Positions 54,273 through 64,000 of a stretch of DNA of 64,000 nt are shown one piece after another. The stretch spans positions 10,540,001 through 10,604,000 of the forward strand of contig NC_043015.1 in NCBI RefSeq assembly GCF_006345805.1, written 5' to 3'. The position numbers and the translations under genes were made by a program. How positions within the stretch are numbered: position 1 is the first letter of the stretch; the number at the start of each line of letters is the position of its first letter. The notes beneath the pieces are model-generated. The model ran no database searches and was not told the origin of the DNA. It saw only the letters and a list, made by a program, of their open reading frames with translations. The DNA comes from Octopus sinensis. Taxonomy: Eukaryota.

Positions 54273-54801
54273 GAGAAGTTGACAATAGCGACAGAAACAA
54301 CAAATATATATGAAAAGAAAAATATTCTGAAGAAGAATAAAAGATTGGGAATATGTTTTATAGATTTAGAGTGTAGTGTAAAGGTTTTTATGGTTGTCAT
54401 TTGCCCAAATATTTATATCACGCATCTTGAGGTATTTTCGAGATTAATTTCGGATATTCCACATAAAACGTAACAGAGAGAATGTACCTTACTTCTATCA
54501 TTCTCTCTTGGCTACTGGTCATTATTTTTTTCTTCTTTTGCTATTGTCTTCTCTTTTTTTTTATATATTCTTTCTTCTTCGTGGTTCTCTGTTTTTCTTT
54601 TTTCCTCCCAACTTTAACTATTTCGACATAAAATCCGACCAAGGAATGAAGTTAAATAGAAATAAATGCCAAACTTGGATTTAATGTTTGAAAATTTAAT
54701 CCTCTGAGACGGGAAGAAATAGAGAGTCCAAACCAATGAGTGGTGACATTAGAAAGGCACAAAAAGAGAAAGAAATCTTTTACGCATATATCTGAGAGTG
54801 C

Positions 54802-54810
54802 TATTATTGC

Positions 54811-54850
<40 letters not shown>

Positions 54851-54851
54851 G

Positions 54852-54913
<62 letters not shown>
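54802..54913. repeat. (TAT)n microsatellite
   Basis: Visible. Confidence 0.97.
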
Positions 54914-55502
54914 GATTAGATTCGATGGAAGTTGTTTGTACATCAGTGTATGTATCAAAGCTTGTGTGTGAGCGTGCTTATATATAAATGCTTTTTTTTT
55001 GTGGTATGGGAATTAGAAACGATCTGACTGTCAATATATTATAGAGCTTGCTATCAGTTTACATTCAAAAGCATCGTAGTAGAATATTCCTTCTTTTGAT
55101 AACAATCCAAAGAGCTAACGAGTATGCATCTACACGCTCACTCAACCTTGTAGAAGTAGCAGTAAACTCTTATTCAGATCGCATCATGCTGTCTGAAGTA
55201 AAGAAAATTATATTGGAAAATCTAATGCATGACACTGAGTACGATGATATGCTTATGTCTGGAAAACTTTTGACAATAGGTCTTTTGATAAGCAACACCT
55301 CAAGGGAACGAATAAATAATTGAAGTCGTTTCTGCTCCGAAATATAATTATGAAATTATTACGATTCTCATTTCAAGAATGTTTCACGTATTTGCTCTAA
55401 CAGCAGTACAGGTTTCAGTGTCTTAAGATACGAATTTTCTATTTCAGATATATGCTTTAATTTTCCTACATAATATCATACATAGGTGTTTTTGTCACAC
55501 TA

Positions 55503-55922
55503 ATATATATACTCTTTTACTCTTTTACTCTTTTACTTGTGTCAGTCATTTGACTGCGGCCATGCTGGAGCACCGCCTTTAATCGAGCAACTCGACCCAG
55601 AGACTTATTCTTTTTGTAAGTCCAGTACTTATTCTATTGGATGTCTTTTGCCGAATCGCTAAGTAACGGGGACATAAACACACCAGTATCGGTTGTCAAG
55701 CAATGCTAGGGGGACAAACACAGACACACAAACAAACACACATACACATATATATTCATATATACGACGTGCTTCTTTCAGTTTCCGTCTACCAAATCCG
55801 CTAACAAGGCATTGGTCGGCCCGGGGCTATAGCAGAAGACACTTGCCCAAGATGCCACGCAGTGGGACTGAACCCGGAGCCATGTGGTTGGTTAGCAAGC
55901 TACTTACCACACAGCCACTCCT
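55503..55922 (-). mobile_element. tRNA-head SINE family B
   Basis: Minus strand AGGAGTGGCTGTGTGGTAAG..GGGTTCAGTCCCAC head; tail CCAGCATGGCCGCAGTC..(AAAGAGT)n. Confidence 0.92.
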
Positions 55923-56677
55923 ATGTGTGTCTGTGTGTAGGTGTGTGTGTATTTGTGTGTAATATTTTACAACATTCTTCAAGTAATTATAGAGTAGAAA
56001 GCCACAAAACTGCTGATTCAGTTTCGAATAGACGTACAGTGCTTCTACTGTCAAAAGAAAACAGATTTATTAGTAGCAAACGAAAAGTTAAGGCACATCC
56101 AGATGGATTCGTTACAGTTTCCATCCAGCCAATTTCCTTTTCGGAATTATGAGCGAGTGGGGCAAAACAGTAAGAAACATTCCTCACGAACCCATTCAAT
56201 GAGATCAAACTACGGAAGGCATAACTGCCTGACAAACTGTTTGAACACTCGACCGAGACTGTATATTTTGTAGAGAGAACCAAATATATGTGTTGCTGAT
56301 AGTCAATAATTAATTATACAGATTCCAGAAACTGTAATCTGTATAATTTCTATACAGTCTGTTTAACTAAAACTTACATTACGTCTGGCTGCCTATATTT
56401 CTCCATATTAATTACGAAGACCGTGAAATTACTTTACAGCTTCACGAATTATGCTTCTTTCACAGAAGAACACGTCTGCAAGAGACATTCTGATCAAAAC
56501 ATGCGTATTTATCTTAATTAGTAAATTTCTCATAGGCATTTTTCAATCTCTCTTGCATCATCGGTCAATTTCTCTACACACAGACATACACACATATGTC
56601 TATGCACATGTATTTATATATAAACATCAGTGTATTTATCTATCGATCTATGTATGTATCTATCTATCGATCTATTA

Positions 56678-56793
<116 letters not shown>

Positions 56794-56799
56794 TAATTG

Positions 56800-58350
56800 G
56801 CTAATGATCTCCATCTACTCAGAGCAGCCTGCTTACACTGCGACAGACACCTTCAGTCGTCTGCAATCGTCCTCTCCTGTTGGTTTAGGTGCAGGTCGTA
56901 ACACGACGCGTTCGACTTAAGACTTGCGATTTGCGTCACTATTTTGAAGTTTTAGCCCAGTATGGAGATCATCCAACCAACATCTGCTGACTATGATGAC
57001 CCCGCATATACCACAAATGTAATATTTGTGGATCTGCCGAAAGCGTGCGACACTGTGGACAGGAAAGGTCTGTGAGAGATTCGAAACCGATTTAGCTGTT
57101 CCCCTCACCCGCCATACATTCCTAACGATCCGAGAAGTCTGCCTAAATAGCAACATATCAGAGCATTTCTCATCAAAATGGCATGATGCAAGGCTGTGTC
57201 CTGGTACTAACTCTCTTTACCCTCTTCAGCATGATGTTCAAGCCACTACAGACCTTAACGCTGACGATGACGTCTACAGGATGGCAGTCTTTTCAACATC
57301 TGATGCCTACAACCCCACAAGAAGAATCAAGAGCAACTAATACAATACTTTCTCTTTGCAGATGATACTGCACTTGTCGCACACACTGAAGCAGCCTTGT
57401 AGCGCATCACATGCTGTTTTGCAGAGACCACCCAGCTCTACGCCAACCATCTCCTCAGAAAGAGGACAGCCCACTCCACATTACAATTGCCGAAACAGAA
57501 ATGAAGACGGTACAGCAGTTCACATATCTTGGATGGACCATTTAATCAGATTCGTGTATCAGCAGAGAAATTGTCAACAAACTTGGAAAGTCAAACAAAG
57601 CATTTGGCAGACTGTACAAGCGTGTGTGTCACAACAAGCAGCTTAAGATCAGCACAAACTTCAGTGTCTACAAGGCCGTCGTTATCACGACGCTCCTATA
57701 TGGCACAGAGTCCTGGGTTCCCTACTGCTAAGGTTTCAGGCTTCATGAACGTTTTCACCAACGCTACATCCGTACCTTCAGCAACATTTACAGGAGCAAC
57801 TACATCACAAAAACTGAAGTCCTCGAGCGACCAAGGGTCGCCAGTCTGGAAGCCGTTTTCTTTGAGACAAGACTGCGTTTGTTAGGGCACGTTAAAAGGA
57901 TGAAAGACCACTGCCTACAGAACATTATCATGTACGGTGAGATCACCACTGACTACCGGGGAATCATCGTGTACGTGAGTTCATCACTCACCACTTGCCA
58001 CCACTGGCCACTTGTGGAGTACCAGGGAAGCGTTACAAGAACTCCCTGAAGCAGTCCCTTAGCATTTGTGACACTGATTATTATGAACGGACCACTCTAA
58101 CAGCTAACAGCGTCGCTTGGCGTCATACCATCAGCAGTGTTGTTTTACCCTTTGAGATATCTTGCATTGCCTCTCCGAAGACAAACGTCAGAGGCGAAAA
58201 GATGTTGCTGCTGCAACATGAAATCCTGAAAAACCGTACCCCTCTCATCACTGTTATCGGATATGTCGATGCTACATCGGGCTTATAAGCCACAAACCTG
58301 CATGTAGAAGACGTGGACAACAGCCTTCCTACCCTTCGTCACCGAAGCGA
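56800..58350 (+). pseudogene. Decayed RTE-clade LINE (RT and 3' end)
   Basis: VDLPKACDTVDRKGL, GMMQGCVLVLTLF, FADDTA, FTYLG, SVYKAVVITTLLYGTESWV; ends in (TA)n. Confidence 0.82.
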
Positions 58351-58352
58351 TG

Positions 58353-58425
<73 letters not shown>

Positions 58426-58446
58426 ATATAAATGTATATATACATA

Positions 58447-58864
58447 CAATAATCCCTCGCCATATCGCAGTTCACCGATCGCTCACTCGGTACATCGCGG
58501 ATTTATATCGCGGACTCCTCAGTATATCGCAAATTTAATAATATTCTTTTAGATTGTAAGTATTTTTGTGGTAAAAAAGCACTTTCATGCCTAAAAATTA
58601 ATAAAATTAATAAATAAGAAGTACAGTAAAGCACTAAATTGTATAATACATGGATTATAATATATTAAAAGAAATAGTGTACCACAGATGAGTAAACAAA
58701 TAATCGCACATACTGTATGGGAAACGAAACTCGAGAGGCTAGTGTGTGGTATTGCTTTGCATTTATCATGAAATAAATATATGCAAATTATAAAAAGGAT
58801 TAAAAAACCTACACAGCACTGTTTCTACTTCGCGGATTTTCACCTGTTCATCGAGGGATTGATG
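58447..58864. mobile_element. MITE with TA flanks (pogo/Tigger-like TIR)
   Basis: TA-CAATAATCCCTCG ... CGAGGGATTGATG-TA; a related copy lies at 63658-63922. Confidence 0.7.
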
Positions 58865-58926
<62 letters not shown>

Positions 58927-59006
58927 ATTATATATATGCATGTACATGCACACGTACACACACAGATGGATGGATGGATTGATTGATATATCTATGCGTG
59001 CATGTA

Positions 59007-59386
59007 CACTTGCGTCAGAAATTAATTAGCACTTCTCAAATTTCTACATTAAATAGGTTAAATCAATTAACCTATGAGCTGTTCAAAACGTCTTACACGA
59101 TGAGAAAACTTAGTATGCTGTGATTTCGGTCCTTGCGAGGCGCTACCTATATCTATTAAACAAAGGAAGATTTGTCTGCATCCGCACTCCAAGTTGTTGT
59201 TGCACTGCTATGTCAACATCATAAAGCTGTAGACTCTCAAACTGCTCTGCAAACAAAGTTACGTCATCGTTCTGCGCAACAGTGAACTCACAACAAAGCA
59301 ATAGTTCGAGATATGGCCACTAGGTGACAGCACATACCTTGAGTGAAGAGCAAATCAAAGGTGCTAATTAATTTCTGACGGTAGTG
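59007..59386. mobile_element. Tc1-type MITE, 380 bp
   Basis: TIRs CACT..CGTCAGAAATTAATTAGCAC / GTGCTAATTAATTTCTGACG..AGTG with TA on both sides. Confidence 0.85.
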
Positions 59387-59533
59387 TATGTAGGGTATGA
59401 CGTTTTACCAGGTAGCATAATGAATATCTTAATATATTCAAATTTAGTGCCTTCATATATCCAAATCTAAAGATGGACATGATACAAGATTCGTAAATAA
59501 TTGTTATAACTATTGTATATATATAACCGTCAA

Positions 59534-59583
<50 letters not shown>

Positions 59584-62005
59584 ATATATGTATGCGTTTG
59601 TGTGTAATTTACTCTGTATGTGTACAGTAGATGTCTGGGCATGTTTTCGTATACATGCAATTACACACACAGGCACAAATACATACATATGTGCATATAC
59701 ATATGTGTGTGTGTGTGTGTTTGTTCTTCGCATCGACTGTCCGCTCTTAGAAGAATTGTCTTCAACATCATCAATTTAGTGGAAGACAATTTGAACTTGA
59801 CTGAGGACAGCTATTATTTTCAAGAATGATTTATATCTACTTGAAGCTATTAACTGACCTTTTTGGCAAGAAAGTGTGGGTAATATATTTTTACACATTC
59901 ATATCAGGCGATTAAATCTACGCTTTCTTTATTCACAGTATACTTGCGCTTCTTTATTCTGTTAATAATAAGTTTTTCCTTGTATCAATGCTAATTTGTT
60001 GCAACGCATAATACTAGAATTCGGATTGTGCTACATTGATCGAATCATAAAATATAAGAATATCTTGAAAATTTTTCAGTCTATAGTTGACATAAATCTA
60101 CTTTTGAGAATTTTAATGTGAATTGAGGTTGTGTTCAAACTTTTTAAATATATGTATTCGGAAAAGCAAGTAAAAGAAAAAGAACAATCGGCGATAAAAA
60201 TTGTAGGATAGAAACATTTTTACGCAATATCGACCGTGTGATATTTGGAAAGAATCTAGCCATTTAAAAATATGAATGGGAAGAGTGGATGATATTTCAC
60301 TAATGTCTGGATATGTAAACTGAACCTACGTATATTGTGATCTAAGTTTAGCATACCAGTAATTCTACTTCTCAGTATGAGAAGAGAAGTACTTGAAATT
60401 TATTTTAATTGTAAACTGGACGATTAAAAACAGTGATGAGTTCCTAACCCTTGAACGACACGTACAATACTATTCGCAGCACGGTTAAATGCTTCAAGTC
60501 CCATAGTATTTTGCATTTTAATGATTTAGAAAATACGTAAGATCCCATAAAAGATTTTTTTCCCTGCCTTGTCAATACAGTCAGATTCACTTAAAAAAAT
60601 AACTGTTTGTATAAAGAGGATAATCTGTTATCTACATTTCAATTAGTCATCCACCGTGTCCATTCGATCTGTCATCCAGTAAGTATAATCCTGGGCAAGT
60701 ACTTCAGAGGATTTGGAACAAAAAAGTGGAAAATAATAACAGGCATATTGCAAAAATAACAATTTTATATGTAAAATGATATATAACTACCCAACATTTC
60801 AATTAACTTTTGTAGCTTCAAAAACATTTGGACGATTTTGTACGAACTTAGTTCGTGTTTTAAATTCTTCTAGAAATGTTCGTGGTTACAGTTGTACTTA
60901 ATACAATTCGATAGTGAAGTTTCTGTTCTTGCAACAACCATAATGAGCTTTAATATTGTGTTATGTCATGGCTGTCTTCGTCATTGGAATGTAATTGAGT
61001 GATTTTGCATTGGTAAGTGAAAAATCACGTTTGAAACTGTCTTCCTCCATAACATTAATAACATTTCCTACGGCTCGTACAACACTTGCGTGAAAGCGGA
61101 AAGCATCATAGGGAAATCATTTTTAATCATTTTTTAAGAAAAATATATGTAAAACACAGAAATATATATCAAAACCTAAATATTAGTGGAATTTTGCTGT
61201 CAGTGCGGATAATTTGCACCAAGAGATATTGTGATTTTGAGTATGGGTCACAACAGATATAAGCAATATCGCATCCAGGAGAATTGGCCAAATTATTTCT
61301 CACATGCTTTGAGGAAGAAATTATTTTGAAAGCTTCAATTGTTCCGTTAATCTTAGAAAACCAAACTATGAAATAATGAAAGACTCTGTTACAGTGTTTG
61401 AGGAAATGGATAAATGTACGCTTGATTCAAATACTTTATAAGCTCGGTCGGACTAGTGATGCGCAGAATAAAGACGGCATTGTATCATGCCCGCATGTCA
61501 AAGAAGTGTTAACATAACAGAAACTTGAATGATAGCTGAATGAATTTGAGAATGCTACACATCCCGTTAGTCTTCAAATGTTTGGCAAAAGAAAAATTTC
61601 CAAAATTCTTCTGATATAACGACGACGATTTAAATCCTGTTATGGAATGGAGAAAGAAATTTAAATTTAATCTCTTGGACTCTCACTTGGCATTTAGTCC
61701 GCTAAAATATATGAGCACTAAACGACTAACATGGGAAAACATTTGTTTTCCCATGTTATTTGCAGAAAGAAGAAAACGCCCCTCATCAACTGCAGTACCT
61801 TTATCGTACCTGAAATAACTGGACAGTAACTGGTCTAAAAGTGCGGTAAAAATTATAGCCAGACAATCTTTTTTTAACCTGCACATACATTTAAAATTGT
61901 TCAAGGGGAAAGTATGTTGTAAAAGTCTGTGTTGCATTCCCTATATGATGAAAGACACAGAAACACACACCACACACTCAAGCAACCAACCGACCAAAAC
62001 AAAAC

Positions 62006-62075
<70 letters not shown>

Positions 62076-62169
62076 TATAGCCGTTTTTTAAAGCCAATGT
62101 TGTGTTGAGAGTCTTGCACTTAAGATCCGCGCATTTTTTAAATCAAAAATCGTTAGTTAATATGTGACA

Positions 62170-62204
<35 letters not shown>

Positions 62205-63657
62205 CTCTCTCCCCCTCTCTTTCTGTTTCTCTTTTCCTATGTCTCACTTTCTTTCTTCTTCACTGTATTTCTCCCTCAACAATTTTTCTTGTCCACTACT
62301 AAAGATGCATTGGGATATATATTTTCATTTCTCCCCTTGTTTCCAACACTCTAATACTTATTGCGACAGACAGACTGACGGTGACCAGCTTCTCTTTAAT
62401 AAATAAGATGATAAAAAACCTTCCAGAGTAAAATACATTTTACGAAATTAGTTTCAGTTACCTACCAGTATACAGTAAGAAAAACGTATTTTTGTTTCTT
62501 AGATAAAATATGGTGCATTTCACTCTTGCCTCGACTGGATGTCAGCATTTTAAACATATATCTGCTATCTGTCCCTATTATGTCTTACTTTCCTTATTTT
62601 TCGAGAAGAAAGTACAAAAAACACAACAACGCGAGGACGTGGAACAAATATAGTATTACTGGACGCTCAGGAAAGAAGGAGGGTTTAACAGTTGCTTTGT
62701 TTTGGTTGTTTGTTTGCTTGAGTTTGTGGTGTGTGTGTGTTTCTGTCTTTCATCATATAGGGAATGCAACACAGTGAATGTGTCGCCTACTTCTAGCAGT
62801 ATCAATAAATATACACCCTCCTAGGCTTGACTGCCTAATCTTTATTAGAAACGATATAGCCGTCACAGGATCATTGTCAATATGTCGATCTATGTAAAGT
62901 AAGCGTTACGGAAATACTTGAGAGCTATAGAATGTTTTCTTCGTTGGTAACGTTTAGATCATATCGACCTTGGGAGCTGAAACAGAGCGATGACATCTAC
63001 TTGGCAAGGATTCGTCAACTGATATGAAGAATCCATTCAATTATGTTTCATTTACTGATAAAAAGAATCTATTTCAAGTTGTTTTGTCTCTGATGTCACT
63101 GTCAGATCTATGATACAAAAATCAATATGAATATAATTCATTTACATTTTCAGTATTAGGAAGCACACAATAGGACTTTAAATAAGAATCAGTCGCATTT
63201 TACAAAGGATTTCATAGCAGATATTCATTTAATATTTAAAATAATGTGCCATGGACAAAATAAACATAATTTGTCTAACATTTATATGACATTTATCCAT
63301 TGAAAATTGCATATCTCTTTCGTAATTGCAATATATTTTACTAGTTGCTATGAACATTGGATATCTCTATTGTAATTATTTTATATTTTACTAGCTGCTT
63401 TCATTTGTATACAGGTATGCGTGAGGAATCATTTTCAGCAATTTCAGTAGACTTTATCAACCCTCATAGATTGTGCGGTTCTTGGATTAAACATCTCTAA
63501 AGCAAATAAGTAATCGCGCCGGAAATGTTGGATTCCTAATGCTGCACTGACTCCGCGCACACGTCTGTGTGTCTGTCTGTCTGTCTGTTTGTGTGTGCAT
63601 GTTTGTTTGATTGTGTTCAATGGATTTTCGTATAGGGTTCTGCTTATTTTCTGTCTA

Positions 63658-63788
63658 CAATAATCCAACACCATATCGTGGTTCATCTATCGCAGTTTAT
63701 TATTTTAAGCTTACGTCTATTCCTCTGTGTTGTTGTTTTGTATTTACAATAAAATTAATACATACGTATCATGAAAATGAATAAATAA

Positions 63789-63840
<52 letters not shown>

Positions 63841-63922
63841 TACAGTACTGTTTCTACTTCGCTGATTTTCACCTATCACGGAGGTTCGGAACGTGGTACC
63901 CGCAATAGTCGAGTGATTATTG
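63658..63922. mobile_element. MITE, same family as 58447-58864
   Basis: TA-CAATAATCC..CCATATCG ... CTGTTTCTACTTCGC.GATTTTCACCT ... CGAGTGATTATTG-TA. Confidence 0.7.
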
Positions 63923-64000
63923 TATTTTCTGTTAATTTTCAGTTTCATTTGCAAGGCTTTGGACGACTGAGGCGGTAATCAATACCAAATTCACAATACT

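Noticed and set aside
55048-55323. 91 aa ORF in unique sequence
   Set aside because: No recognisable motif or convincing splice pair
60000-61900. Possible decayed hAT-like transposase (IEVVFKLFKYMY)
   Set aside because: One weak motif only; no TIRs found

Overview
No host protein-coding gene could be assembled from this window. It is AT-rich eukaryotic DNA saturated with (TA)n, (CA)n, (TATG)n, (GATA)n and (AAT)n microsatellites; the repeat families suggest a coleoid cephalopod such as Octopus (inference, no search run). Most six-frame ORFs are microsatellite read-throughs. Supportable content: three Penelope-like elements (a 450-codon uninterrupted RT+GIY-YIG remnant at 17579-18931 and decayed copies at 5600-6750 and 31390-33000); a near-intact Tx1/L1-clade LINE on the minus strand (34254-39020) embedded in (GATA)n; decayed R4/Dong-like and RTE LINEs; mariner/Tc1 remnants and MITEs; and at least two tRNA-head SINE families. 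Best leads: (1) three type I minimal hammerhead-ribozyme motifs within 19967-20420, two of them forming the arms of a ~366 bp near-perfect palindrome; (2) a ~45 nt 3' tail with a conserved stem-loop shared by the Tx1-like LINE and an abundant SINE; (3) two LINE 3' ends in one (GATA)n array, suggesting microsatellite targeting; (4) several long fold-back structures; (5) one candidate 15 nt microexon.
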